Positions 40,808-50,278 are shown, counted from the stretch's first letter. The stretch is 54,348 nucleotides of DNA from an uncultured Oligoflexus sp. (GCA_964236955.1 CAXSGP010000020.1:1-54348), one strand, 5' to 3'. Notes: a model not told the origin generated them from the sequence alone. Program-made: numbers and translations.

Positions 40808-41170
40808 CTACAGGGGTTTGTAATGTGCCAAATAAGCTGCTGTAAGCCCCAGTAGTAAAACCACGACCCAAATCAAGCCGGCAAGATTTTTCTTGCGTGC
40901 TGCAAGTGCGCCAACTCCACCAAGTGCAACCCAGATAATTAGTTTGCCGACGACCCAGGCGGGAAATCCGATCTGCAATTTGGCTATCATTCCAAAGCCT
41001 GCCACCAATACCAACAATAGACCCACGCCATGATAAAGTGCGATCCACTTCCGGGCCTGTGTGCGCTTCGAATCATTGCCATTCAAAGATTGTGTGATCT
41101 GGCCACCAAGCGCGGAGAAGACCATGAAAATACCTAAAAAGTGCACAAGTTTATAAAAGTCAAAGGTCAT
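40808..41170 (-). CDS. Small four-TM membrane protein (SirB2-like)
   Basis: YKLVH, HGVGLLLVLVAG and WVVGKL; four hydrophobic helices. Confidence 0.75.
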   Translation of the reverse strand: MTFDFYKLVHFLGIFMVFSALGGQITQSLNGNDSKRTQARKWIALYHGVGLLLVLVAGFGMIAKLQIGFPAWVVGKLIIWVALGGVGALAARKKNLAGLIWVVVLLLGLTAAYLAHYKPL

Positions 41171-41324
41171 TGCCGGCTCCAAGATGCGGTTGATGGGCAT
41201 GGGGAAAGTATCGAACTATTGTCCTGATAGCCACTTGGAAATGCGCACACGCGGGCATTTTCGCGTGGCGAGCGGCTTCTTTCCTGAGGTGGCAGTGCGG
41301 GGATCTTGCAAGGCTTGGGAGCCG

Positions 41325-41810
41325 CTAGGCAATGGGAGATTGCGTGGGCTTTGACGAACGCTTTTTGCGAAAAAAATCTTTGAGCAGATTGGCGCTTTCC
41401 TGCTCCAGAATGCGGTCGGTCACCTGAAAGCGATGATTCAATCGGGTGTCTTCGTTGAGCTGGTAAAGACTGCCGAGCGCTCCCCCCTTGGGATCCATCG
41501 CTCCAAAAACAACGCGTGGAATACGCGCCTGATAGATTGCCCCGGCACACATGAGACAAGGTTCAAGCGTCACGTACAGCGTGCAGTCCTGTAGACGCCA
41601 TGCCTTCCGAACCCGCGAAGCTTCTTCGATTGCAAGGAGTTCGGCGTGGGCGCTGGCCTGGCAAATTGATTCGCGAAGATTGATGCCCGTGCCTATGATG
41701 CGCCCCTCATGAACGACGACGGCTCCCACCGGAACTTCGAGGAGCAACGCTGCCGCCTCCGCCAGAGAGAGCGCATACTGCATCCAAAACTTATCGATGT
41801 CCGGGATCAC
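41325..41810 (-). CDS. tadA: tRNA adenosine(34) deaminase
   Basis: EVPVGAV, AHAE, LYVTLEPCLMCAGA, DPKGGA and FF..KR. Confidence 0.95.
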   Translation of the reverse strand: MIPDIDKFWMQYALSLAEAAALLLEVPVGAVVVHEGRIIGTGINLRESICQASAHAELLAIEEASRVRKAWRLQDCTLYVTLEPCLMCAGAIYQARIPRVVFGAMDPKGGALGSLYQLNEDTRLNHRFQVTDRILEQESANLLKDFFRKKRSSKPTQSPIA

Positions 41811-42706
41811 TGAACCACCCGCCTTTTGCCGGCGATGTGTTTGGCTATATTGCCGAGCCGCCTTAGGCCGAGATGCTGCATGATGCGCTCGGCGTCCCAG
41901 CCGTTTTCCAGAAAATATTCGATCGCATAATGCCGGAGATTTTCGGTGTTGATGTGCGGAATTTGAAAGCGTTCGCCAAGCTCATAGAGCAGAAATTTCA
42001 GTCCATGCCTCGTCATTCGCGGCAGAACCAGCGATCCATCTTTACCCTTGAACGAAACGAAGAGCCAATGAAATTGGGCCTGCTGCGATATGCTTCGGGT
42101 CGCGAGCCAACCCTTAAAATAATTGAGATAACCAACAACGGCTTCAGTGCTTGCCGGAGAAAGCAGAATGCTGCGACTTTTCACCCCTGGTACGAAGAGC
42201 GAACCCGCCGTAGACGAAGCGACAAAATCGCTGATCTGCAAGTCCGTTAATTCGTGAGCTTTGATTCCTTCGAAAGCAAGGAGACGAAGGATAGCGATAT
42301 CCCGAGCTGATTTCAAATGGCTTGATTGCATTGATAAGAGTGCGCTTTCGATTTGTCCGGGAATGATCGGCTGTTTTAAGGCTTCATCCCGTTCGGGCAG
42401 GGGCATCGCATCGAAGGGGGAATCACTGATGACTTTTTCGACGGCCAAAAAGCGGAAAAATTGTCTGATGCCAATGATCTTACGACGAACGGAATTCTCA
42501 CGGTCCTTTTCGGAGAATGACAGGTGATCACGAAAGGCAAGGAGAGTTTCGGGTTCGACGGCCTTCAGCGGCAGCTTAAAGGAATCGAGATAGCGCAGAA
42601 ACTCGATCGCATCACGGCAATAGGATTCGACCGTTGCCGCCTGGCGGTCTTTCGATCGGAGATTGTCAGCAAATCGCTTTAGAATGTCGTCGGTTGTGGG
42701 TGTCAT
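41807..42706 (-). CDS. XerC/D-like tyrosine recombinase homologue with degenerate catalytic residues
   Basis: SAM-like N-domain (TVESY.RD, SVRRK..GIRQFFRFL); RD.AIL.LL; LRH. GGAG RBS before ATG 42706. Catalytic R/H/H/Y positions are substituted. Confidence 0.88.
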   Translation of the reverse strand: MTPTTDDILKRFADNLRSKDRQAATVESYCRDAIEFLRYLDSFKLPLKAVEPETLLAFRDHLSFSEKDRENSVRRKIIGIRQFFRFLAVEKVISDSPFDAMPLPERDEALKQPIIPGQIESALLSMQSSHLKSARDIAILRLLAFEGIKAHELTDLQISDFVASSTAGSLFVPGVKSRSILLSPASTEAVVGYLNYFKGWLATRSISQQAQFHWLFVSFKGKDGSLVLPRMTRHGLKFLLYELGERFQIPHINTENLRHYAIEYFLENGWDAERIMQHLGLRRLGNIAKHIAGKRRVVQ

Positions 42707-42960
42707 CGAGGCATTCTCCGTGTTGGGAAGGCTGGGTGCGGAGCCTGGCGCCTGGAGCCTTATAGTACTCGCTTTCATTTCGATCGAGAAGATTTTCCTG
42801 GGTCCCCCCGTGAGATGATATCCGCCGCGTTCGATAGCTTCTGCAAATTCTGCTATCTTAAATCGAGCCAAGCTGGAGCCTTACCAAATCGCGAACCGAA
42901 ATGAAGTCGAAAGTGAAAAGAAGAGATTCCAATGCATGAGCAGATGAGGAGTATGCCGAC

Positions 42961-45261
42961 TTGACTATTATAAAGAAGAAGTGGCTGCAGTTTGGTAATC
43001 GTGAGGAAAGAAAACGGTTCTTTGAAATCGCTGCGATGCTTTTGATCGCTTTATCATTTGTCGCCTTGTCCCGGCTTGAAGGCCGGTTGTTTGATCTTAG
43101 CAAGGCCCTGTCCAATCATCCCGAGTTCTTTAACTCCGTCGTATATTTCGGACTGATCAATATCAACGTCGTCCTGATTTTGATTCTGTGCTTTTTGCTC
43201 TTTCGCAATATTATCAAGTTGGTTTTAGAACGGCGGCATGGTGTCATTGGCTCCCGCCTCAGAACCAAGCTCGTCCTAGCTCTGGTGTTCTTTGCTTTGG
43301 CTCCTACGGCTCTGCTCTTCTATATTTCCACTCGATTTTTAACGGAGAGTTTCGAAACCTGGTTTTCCACCCGAGTCGAGGCTACCATGCACCGAACGCG
43401 GGAGGCAGGAGCCATGGTTTACGATAGGGACCAACGGCGATTGGCCAGCCTGTCCCGCCTCGCCCTCCAAAAAATTCAGGTCTATAAGATAAATGCAGGG
43501 AATTTTGAATGGAATGAGATCAACCCTCAGGGCCTTAGGGGCTTTGCCCGCGAATACAAAGTATCCAGTATTAGGGTTTATGATCAGGATTCCAATTTGC
43601 TTTGGCACAATGAATCAAAGCGGCGCGAACTGGGCTCGGAAAAGGAAAAGCGTTTTGTCGTCAATGCAATTCAAAGTTTTTCCAGCAATTTAACGATGCT
43701 GTCGCGCGCCATTGTCGATGCTGATGATGGGGTCGACATCGTCCGAGGCGTGGCTCCCATCGTTGATCCCCGAACCAAGACGGTCCGAGGCGTGGTAGTG
43801 CTTGAAGAGCGCTTTGAAACGCAGATTCTGCAAAGTGTTGAGACCATCATTCAAGAGTTTGCGAGTTTAAAACCGGGGGCCGAGCTGATACGGATCAGCT
43901 ACGTGATCCTTTTGGTCCTTATGGCAGTTATTATCATTTTTTCGGCGACCTGGTTTGGCTTTTATGTGGCCAGGGGCATCATTGCTCCCATTCAACGGCT
44001 TGCCGATGCCACGCGGGAGGTAGCATTGGGAAATTATGGGATAACGCTTGAAGTCAAGACTGACGATGAAACGGGTCAGCTCTTTCGGGCTTTCAATGGT
44101 ATGACCTTTGACCTGCGCGAGCACGAGCAAAAAGTCAAACAGTTCACAGCCGAGCTTGAACGAACCAATGAAGAACTGGATCGGCGGCGCAAGTATATGG
44201 AAATTATCCTAAAGAATATTGCCGCTGGCGTTTTAGCCGTTGACTCCGAGGATAGGATCACAAGTATAAATCCTGCGGCAGAAAAACTGCTTGGTCTGAA
44301 TCAAACGGCCCATCTCGGGCAAAAGATCGAACAGGCGCTTTTGCCCGGCCTGGTGGAGGCGCTCTGGAAACCCATTAAGGAACGGGTGCAATTTAGTAAT
44401 TTTAGCGGTGAAATAGACTTGTCGGATATAGGTATCAACCTTACTCTACTGGCCGACGCCACCCGCTTTGTCGATGAAAACAATGAAGACCATGGTGTCG
44501 TCATAGTCATCGATGATGCAAGCGAACAGGTGAAAGTCCAAAGAGTCGCGGCTTGGCGGGAGGTGGCAAGGCGCATTGCTCATGAAATTAAGAATCCGCT
44601 GACCCCTATTAAAATCAGTGCGCAGCGCCTGCTTAGAAAATTTGGCGATCAGTTTGAAGGCAAGGATCACCAGATTTTTGAATCATGCATCAGTACCATC
44701 GTATCCGAGGTGGATGCCCTGCGCGACTTGGTCAATGAATTCTCGAAGTTCTCGCGTCTGCCTTCGATCAAAACCAGGCCTGAGCCTCTGGCCGATCTGT
44801 TGCATCAGGCTTTAAGTCTCTTTAATGTCGGCTATGAGCATATAGAGTTTGATTCTTCGAAGGTGCGTGATGATATGCCACTGGTTCCTTTGGATCGTGA
44901 GCAAATGATTAGAGTTTTTACGAATATCATCACCAATGCCATCGCCTCGATGCCGGAAGACAGGGAGCGGGCGATAATTTCCATTAGTGCTCGATTGCTG
45001 GAAGACGTCAATGTCATTCGAATCGAGATCGCAGACAATGGATCTGGTATTCCTGAGGCTCTCAAACAGCGGGTACTGGAGCCTTATTTCTCCACCAAGA
45101 AGGAAGGGACAGGACTGGGACTGGCAATCGTCAATCAAATAATTTCTGACCATGGCGGATATTTGCGCATTCAGGATAATGTGCCTGTCGGCACCGTTGT
45201 GATAATCGAACTTCCTATTTTAGAGATCGGAGTTCGAAAAAGGATGAATACCGATGTCTGA
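42961..45261 (+). CDS. ntrY: NtrY-like sensor histidine kinase (TM-HAMP-PAS-HisKA-HATPase)
   Basis: GSRLRTKLV, AAWREVARRIAHEIKNPLTPI, LVNEFS.F.RLP, DNG.GI and PYFSTK.EGTGLGL. Confidence 0.93.
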   Translation: MTIIKKKWLQFGNREERKRFFEIAAMLLIALSFVALSRLEGRLFDLSKALSNHPEFFNSVVYFGLININVVLILILCFLLFRNIIKLVLERRHGVIGSRLRTKLVLALVFFALAPTALLFYISTRFLTESFETWFSTRVEATMHRTREAGAMVYDRDQRRLASLSRLALQKIQVYKINAGNFEWNEINPQGLRGFAREYKVSSIRVYDQDSNLLWHNESKRRELGSEKEKRFVVNAIQSFSSNLTMLSRAIVDADDGVDIVRGVAPIVDPRTKTVRGVVVLEERFETQILQSVETIIQEFASLKPGAELIRISYVILLVLMAVIIIFSATWFGFYVARGIIAPIQRLADATREVALGNYGITLEVKTDDETGQLFRAFNGMTFDLREHEQKVKQFTAELERTNEELDRRRKYMEIILKNIAAGVLAVDSEDRITSINPAAEKLLGLNQTAHLGQKIEQALLPGLVEALWKPIKERVQFSNFSGEIDLSDIGINLTLLADATRFVDENNEDHGVVIVIDDASEQVKVQRVAAWREVARRIAHEIKNPLTPIKISAQRLLRKFGDQFEGKDHQIFESCISTIVSEVDALRDLVNEFSKFSRLPSIKTRPEPLADLLHQALSLFNVGYEHIEFDSSKVRDDMPLVPLDREQMIRVFTNIITNAIASMPEDRERAIISISARLLEDVNVIRIEIADNGSGIPEALKQRVLEPYFSTKKEGTGLGLAIVNQIISDHGGYLRIQDNVPVGTVVIIELPILEIGVRKRMNTDV

Positions 45262-45694
45262 ATTCAAAAACAAAACCAAGGGCTTCGTTGCCTTGGTTGT
45301 GGATGACGAGCGAAGGATACGGCAAGCCTTGACTGATCTCATCGAGGATGAAGGTTGGAGCGTTTTGAGTGCGGAGGAGGGAACAACGGCTTTGCATATC
45401 TTTGCCCGAAGCGAGCCCGACCTTGTTCTCTTGGATATTTGGATGCCAGGAATCGACGGCATCGAGACGCTACAAAGAATGAAAGTCCTAAAACCTGACG
45501 TACCAGTGGTTATCATGAGTGGCCATGGAACGATCGACACTGCGATTCGCGCGACTCGGCTTGGAGCCTTCGATTATCTTGAAAAGCCGCTTTGCATCGA
45601 CAAGATCTACCCCCTTTTGATTCATGCCGAACGCCTTCGCGCTGTTAGGGAGAGCCGGCGGGCGGCCATTGCCGGTTTGCCTGAGCATCCGTGA
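45254..45694 (+). CDS. NtrX-type response regulator, receiver domain only
   Basis: VVDDE, LLDIWMPGIDG, MSGHGTIDTA..AT.LGAFDYLEKP; stops after the receiver domain. Confidence 0.85.
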   Translation: MSEFKNKTKGFVALVVDDERRIRQALTDLIEDEGWSVLSAEEGTTALHIFARSEPDLVLLDIWMPGIDGIETLQRMKVLKPDVPVVIMSGHGTIDTAIRATRLGAFDYLEKPLCIDKIYPLLIHAERLRAVRESRRAAIAGLPEHP

Positions 45695-45949
45695 GTCTCG
45701 GTCTTTAATAGGTTTTTGGATTCGCTAAATAGTTTTTTGGCATAATTTCCAAAGGGTTTCTCCGCTGTCCGAGGGCGACCCTCGGATCGCCTGGCCGTTT
45801 CTGCCAGTTTTCTTTTGGTCCGACGTTGTTCCTGCCGCCTGACACAGTCGTCCCAGTTTTACAGCGGGAGTGATCCCACGGGGCAAGCCACACTCGGGGA
45901 TAAGTTGAGATCGATCCGAGGCGTTGCGGTGCGAGTTACCCAGAAACCT

Positions 45950-46123
45950 GATGCCTATCAACATTTAAGCGAAGCAAATTCAGACTTTGAAAGGGCTTGC
46001 ATTCTAGGTAAGCTATTAGAAATCCGTAGGTCAAAATCAGAATTGCAGAAGCGGTTGGACTTGAGCAAAGCAATTTTCAAATAAAAAAAGCTATTGGGTA
46101 TCGAGCCAAAGCAAAAGGGGTGA
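45950..46123 (+). pseudogene. Decayed Fis-type HTH C-terminus of NtrX
   Basis: LSEANSDFERACILGKL...FK*KKLLGIEPKQKG* with an in-frame stop at 46082; resembles the NtrX C-terminal LxEARxxFERxxI..KxLGIE. Confidence 0.7.
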
Positions 46124-46127
46124 GAAC

Positions 46128-47366
46128 ATGTCTGCTAACGAAAGCATCGATATCCAAACAACCGCCGACGGGTTGCTGCTCAGCGGATCAAATTTTCAGG
46201 ATGGAAAATCCTGGAAAGCCCGATCGCTTGGCAAGAACCGTTTGCTGCTCGACCAGGCTACGCCAGGGCCAGGAATGTCAGGCGACAAAGCGGGCTTTGG
46301 AGTCGTTGAGAGAAATACCTATGTAGCGCTTCTGCAGGGACTGGTTCAGCAAAAATTCGACGGCGTCATATCCATTGACCTTGGCAATTCGGTGAAACGC
46401 TTATTCTTCCGCAAGGGTGAACTGGTATTTGCCGCCTCAAATCTCATGGACGACAGGCTTGGGGAAATTCTTTATCGCGAGGGTCTCATCACGGTCGATC
46501 AGCTCACGGAAGCGGCGGTGCAGGTGAATCGGACGACTAAATTCGGCAAGGTTTTAATCGACAGTGAAGTCTTCAGTTGCACTCAGCTTTGGGATGCCCT
46601 GCGGCTCCAGGTGACGAGTGTGTTCCAGTCGACCTTCCTGCAGGACTACGTTTATCTACAGATGGAATCGGGCGAGCAGTTTGCACCTATGCTCGTCACT
46701 CTCGATCGCACTACGGACGAACTTGTCGATGACTGCTTTGGGTATGCCTTGATGTTAGGGCAGTTTAGGCGACGCCTGGATGGGCAGGCGCGGCTAAGGC
46801 AGGTCAAGGGTGCGGGGGAAAAGTCCATTACACGGGGAACCTTTGTCGGCGATACCATAGAGCTGGCGGCCCATCACGGCTCACTTACCGATTTTCTGGA
46901 GCATTCCAAGCTGACCGAGATCAACAGTCTCTGTGCGGTGTTTGATCTTGTGCATCGACATATCTTCACTATCGAAAATTTTGATTCAAGCACCCGCAAT
47001 ATCGATGTCGGTTCGCGGCTTAAGGAAATCAAAGCGCTTATTGATGCCTATCATCTTATTCTTGATGGGGCCCGCAAAGCCTTTCACGCAGAAAATATCA
47101 AGTTCCCGGTTCGCGAGATTGAACTCTTCCTGGATAGGCAGTATAGCTTGCTGCGGTCTCCTCTTTTTGTGCTGCCGGATGGAAATATTGGCATGGAGTC
47201 GGTGGTGGGTATCTACTCAAGGGCTCAGGCCAGTCAGAGGCAAACCCAATATATGGCCGGCCAACTTCAGGCCGTCATCCGGTTCTTGCTTCAGCTAGTA
47301 GGGGATTTGCTTCCCGGCGGCAAAGGTTGGGAGGTCAAAAAATCATTCCAATCTATGGTTACGTAA
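46128..47366 (+). CDS. DUF4388/PATAN-like domain protein
   Basis: G.I.I....VKRLFFRKGELVFAASN..DDRLGEIL.REGLIT..QL..A and FGKVLI. Confidence 0.75.
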   Translation: MSANESIDIQTTADGLLLSGSNFQDGKSWKARSLGKNRLLLDQATPGPGMSGDKAGFGVVERNTYVALLQGLVQQKFDGVISIDLGNSVKRLFFRKGELVFAASNLMDDRLGEILYREGLITVDQLTEAAVQVNRTTKFGKVLIDSEVFSCTQLWDALRLQVTSVFQSTFLQDYVYLQMESGEQFAPMLVTLDRTTDELVDDCFGYALMLGQFRRRLDGQARLRQVKGAGEKSITRGTFVGDTIELAAHHGSLTDFLEHSKLTEINSLCAVFDLVHRHIFTIENFDSSTRNIDVGSRLKEIKALIDAYHLILDGARKAFHAENIKFPVREIELFLDRQYSLLRSPLFVLPDGNIGMESVVGIYSRAQASQRQTQYMAGQLQAVIRFLLQLVGDLLPGGKGWEVKKSFQSMVT

Positions 47367-47378
47367 GCGAGAGTTCCT

Positions 47379-48128
47379 TTGAAGAAGCCACAACGACGCA
47401 CTAATATCCATTCCTCTGGTGGACTCTATCTCACCAGCTGGTCAGGTCTGGACGAGTATCTTCGTGCTCGACCTGATCTTATACTTTCCATCCGCTGTCC
47501 ACACGCTGACAATAAAAAGCTTGAGCAGCTCTTTTTGAAAAACCAAAGCGCGCTGAGCTGTCCTATAGAATATAGTGAAGCCGAAAAAACCCTGGCTGTC
47601 TTTGTTGAAGTGCCGGTTTTGGACGAGTTTGCATTTCTCGATGCGGCGGCGGCAAGCTCTCGGGAATTCATCCTGGCTTGCGATCATGTCACCGACACTC
47701 GCAATCTTGGAGCCCTGGCAAGAACGGCCGCTTATTTTGGAATGCGTTACCTCATTCTACCAAAAGACCGTCAGGCGCCAATTAGCGGAGCGACGCTTGG
47801 CAGCGCGCAGGGAGCTTTTGCTTATGTGCAAGCGGTGCTGGTTACCAATCTCGGCCGTACTCTTAATGACCTTAAAGAGCGAGGCTATTGGATACTGGCA
47901 GCCGACATGAATGGCCAGGCGGTGGAGACCATCGTTCAAGACTATGAAAAGAAGGTTTTGGTACTTGGCGCGGAAGACAAGGGCATTTCCCAGGGAATCC
48001 TTGCAAAGGCCGATCTTAGCATTTCGATATCTCCCGTTGAGCCAAAGCTTGAGTCACTCAACGTATCCGTAGCGGCGGGCATCTTGATACAGGCGCTTCA
48101 CGCCCAATCAGTCACCCTCAAAAAATAG
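47379..48128 (+). CDS. RlmB-like 23S rRNA 2'-O-methyltransferase (SpoU family)
   Basis: DHVTDTRNLGALARTA, VTNL.RTL..LK..GYW, GAEDKGI and ESLNVSVAAG. Confidence 0.88.
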   Translation: MKKPQRRTNIHSSGGLYLTSWSGLDEYLRARPDLILSIRCPHADNKKLEQLFLKNQSALSCPIEYSEAEKTLAVFVEVPVLDEFAFLDAAAASSREFILACDHVTDTRNLGALARTAAYFGMRYLILPKDRQAPISGATLGSAQGAFAYVQAVLVTNLGRTLNDLKERGYWILAADMNGQAVETIVQDYEKKVLVLGAEDKGISQGILAKADLSISISPVEPKLESLNVSVAAGILIQALHAQSVTLKK

Positions 48129-48147
48129 CTGCAAATCGAGCTTTCTC

Positions 48148-48175
48148 TTGACAGCAATTCAACTGAGAGTGTAAT
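48148..48175 (+). promoter_or_regulatory. Sigma70 promoter of the tRNA-tuf operon
   Basis: TTGACA-N16-TGTAAT. Confidence 0.65.
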
Positions 48176-48232
48176 TCACTCTAACGCTTGCGACGGTAAA
48201 CACTTTGGATGCTTATTTAGCGGGTGCAGGAT

Positions 48233-48308
48233 GCTGGCGTAGCTCAATTGGTAGAGCAGCTGATTTGTAATCAGCAGGTTGCGGGTTCAAGTCCCATTGC
48301 CAGCTCCA
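48233..48308 (+). tRNA. tRNA-Thr(TGT)
   Basis: Cloverleaf; CTGAT-TTGTAAT-CAG anticodon region; CCA end. Confidence 0.97.
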
Positions 48309-48330
48309 TTTTCTGATCTGGTATTTTCGG

Positions 48331-48415
48331 GGAGGAATGCCCGAGTGGCTAAAGGGGGCAGACTGTAAATCTGTTAGCTTAGCTTACGGTGGTTCGAATC
48401 CACCTTCCTCCACCA
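48331..48415 (+). tRNA. tRNA-Tyr(GTA)
   Basis: GCAGA-CTGTAAA-TCTGT anticodon arm; long variable arm; CCA end. Confidence 0.97.
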
Positions 48416-48443
48416 TCTTCCAGATCATTATTCACGAAGGAAA

Positions 48444-48520
48444 GCGGGAGTAGCTCAGCTGGCTAGAGCATTAGCCTTCCAAGCTAAGGGTCGCGGGTTC
48501 GAATCCCGTTTCCCGCTCCA
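48444..48520 (+). tRNA. tRNA-Gly(TCC)
   Basis: TTAGC-CTTCCAA-GCTAA anticodon arm; CCA end. Confidence 0.97.
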
Positions 48521-48644
48521 TTCTTCTTTTCTCTTTATGAAGCTCACGTGCAAAATCTATCGACGGTTGATTATGCTGGTAGGTCAAGTGCAGTGGATGG
48601 TAATTTAGAGGACCTGTCGCACGGGGAAACCTGTTAGACCAAAA

Positions 48645-48718
48645 GCCCAGATGGCTCAGGGGTAGAGCACGTCCTTGGTAAGGACGAGGTCGTGGGTTGA
48701 TTCCCATTCTGGGCTCCA
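48645..48718 (+). tRNA. tRNA-Thr(GGT), T-loop one base short
   Basis: GTCC-TTGGTAA-GGAC anticodon arm; T arm GTGGG-TTGATT-CCCAT; CCA end. Confidence 0.9.
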
Positions 48719-48822
48719 TCATGCCTTCAAGCGAGAGAATAAATTCTCTTCGTTGAATAATAATAAATAAACGATAACTTGAAGAATTTATTTTCGGTTT
48801 CTGCCGTCAGCAGGAGGAAAAA

Positions 48823-50019
48823 ATGGCAAAAGAGAAGTTTGAACGTTCGAAGCCCCATGTGAACATCGGTACCATCGGTCACGTTGACCACGGTAAAACG
48901 ACGTTGACAGCTGCTATCACAAAAGTCATGTCACTTGCTTACGGCGGAGCTTTCAAGGCGTTTGCAGAGATTGACAACGCCCCAGAAGAAAAAGCGCGCG
49001 GTATTACTATTAATACATCGCACGTCGAATACTCTTCGGCAAATCGTCACTATGCTCACGTTGACTGCCCTGGTCACGCTGACTATGTGAAGAACATGAT
49101 CACCGGTGCTGCCCAGATGGACGGCGCAATTTTGGTGGTAAGTGCTGCTGATGGACCTATGCCGCAGACTCGTGAGCACATCTTGCTTGCTCGCCAAGTC
49201 GGCGTGCCTTCAATCGTTGTCTTCATGAACAAAGTCGATATGGTTGACGACGAAGAATTGCTTGATCTTGTAGAGATGGAAGTTCGCGAACTTCTAAGCG
49301 CATACAAGTTTCCTGGCGATGACACGCCCATCATCCGCGGTTCTGCATTGAAAGCTCTCGATGCCACAACTAAAGACGATCCGTGGGCAAAGAAACTGAT
49401 CGAATTGATCGCAGCTGTTGATGAGCACGTTGCTCTTCCAGAGCGCCCAATCGACCGTCCTTTCCTTATGCCTATTGAAGATGTTTTCTCGATCTCTGGT
49501 CGTGGAACAGTTGTTACTGGTCGTGTGGAACGCGGTATCATTAAAGTAGGCGAAGAAATGGAAATCGTCGGTCTGAAAGACACGGCGAAAACTATTTGTA
49601 CAGGTGTTGAAATGTTCCGTAAGCTCCTCGACGAAGGTCGTGCGGGCGATAACGTGGGTGTTCTTCTGCGCGGTACAAAACGTGAAGATATTATGCGCGG
49701 TCAGGTTCTTTCTAAGCCGGGCTCAATCAAGCCTCATAAGAAGTTCAAAGCTTCTGTGTACGTCTTGACTAAAGAAGAAGGTGGACGTCACACTCCCTTC
49801 TTCAAAGGTTACCGACCTCAGTTCTACTTCCGTACAACAGACGTGACAGGTGCGATCAAGCTACCCGATGATGTTGAAATGGTTATGCCAGGCGACAACA
49901 TCGACGTGGAAGTTGAATTGATTCAGCCCATCGCGATGGATACAGAGCTTCGCTTTGCTATTCGTGAGGGTGGTCGTACCGTCGGCGCGGGCGTAGTTGC
50001 TGAGATTATGCCCGACTAG
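48823..50019 (+). CDS. tuf: Elongation factor Tu
   Basis: [30 protein letters not shown] and [13 protein letters not shown]. Confidence 0.99.
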   Translation: MAKEKFERSKPHVNIGTIGHVDHGKTTLTAAITKVMSLAYGGAFKAFAEIDNAPEEKARGITINTSHVEYSSANRHYAHVDCPGHADYVKNMITGAAQMDGAILVVSAADGPMPQTREHILLARQVGVPSIVVFMNKVDMVDDEELLDLVEMEVRELLSAYKFPGDDTPIIRGSALKALDATTKDDPWAKKLIELIAAVDEHVALPERPIDRPFLMPIEDVFSISGRGTVVTGRVERGIIKVGEEMEIVGLKDTAKTICTGVEMFRKLLDEGRAGDNVGVLLRGTKREDIMRGQVLSKPGSIKPHKKFKASVYVLTKEEGGRHTPFFKGYRPQFYFRTTDVTGAIKLPDDVEMVMPGDNIDVEVELIQPIAMDTELRFAIREGGRTVGAGVVAEIMPD

Positions 50020-50039
50020 TTTTAAGCATGAACCAATAT

Positions 50040-50066
50040 TAGAGCTGCTTCAAAAGGGCGGCTCTA
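50040..50066 (+). terminator. Hairpin after tuf (weak U tail)
   Basis: TAGAGCTGCTT-CAAAA-GGGCGGCTCTA. Confidence 0.5.
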
Positions 50067-50125
50067 CTCGATTCTGCAAAAAAAGTTCTTTCATGGTTTT
50101 TTTAAAAGTATGAGAATCAAAGTAT

Positions 50126-50198
50126 AGGCGAGTAGCTCCAATGGTAGAGCATCGGATTCCAAATCCGACTGTTGACGGTTCGAGTCCGTCCTCGCCTG
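50126..50198 (+). tRNA. tRNA-Trp(CCA), CCA end not encoded
   Basis: AGGCGAG/CTCGCCT acceptor stem; TCGGA-TTCCAAA-TCCGA anticodon arm; GGTTCGAGTCC. Confidence 0.96.
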
Positions 50199-50278
50199 CT
50201 CTTTTTCTTGAGCATGTCGCTTAGTGACTATGCTCTATAAACGTTTGGTCAGTAATCTTATGGATCCAAGAGGGACCA

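Noticed and set aside
41807..42871. Integrase marking a prophage or genomic island
   Set aside because: Housekeeping flanks, no att repeats or cargo, and the catalytic residues are missing. The longer 42871 start was also rejected in favour of ATG 42706, which has an RBS.
45815..46084. Independent 89-aa gene
   Set aside because: No RBS or good start; the 3' half is the decayed NtrX HTH.
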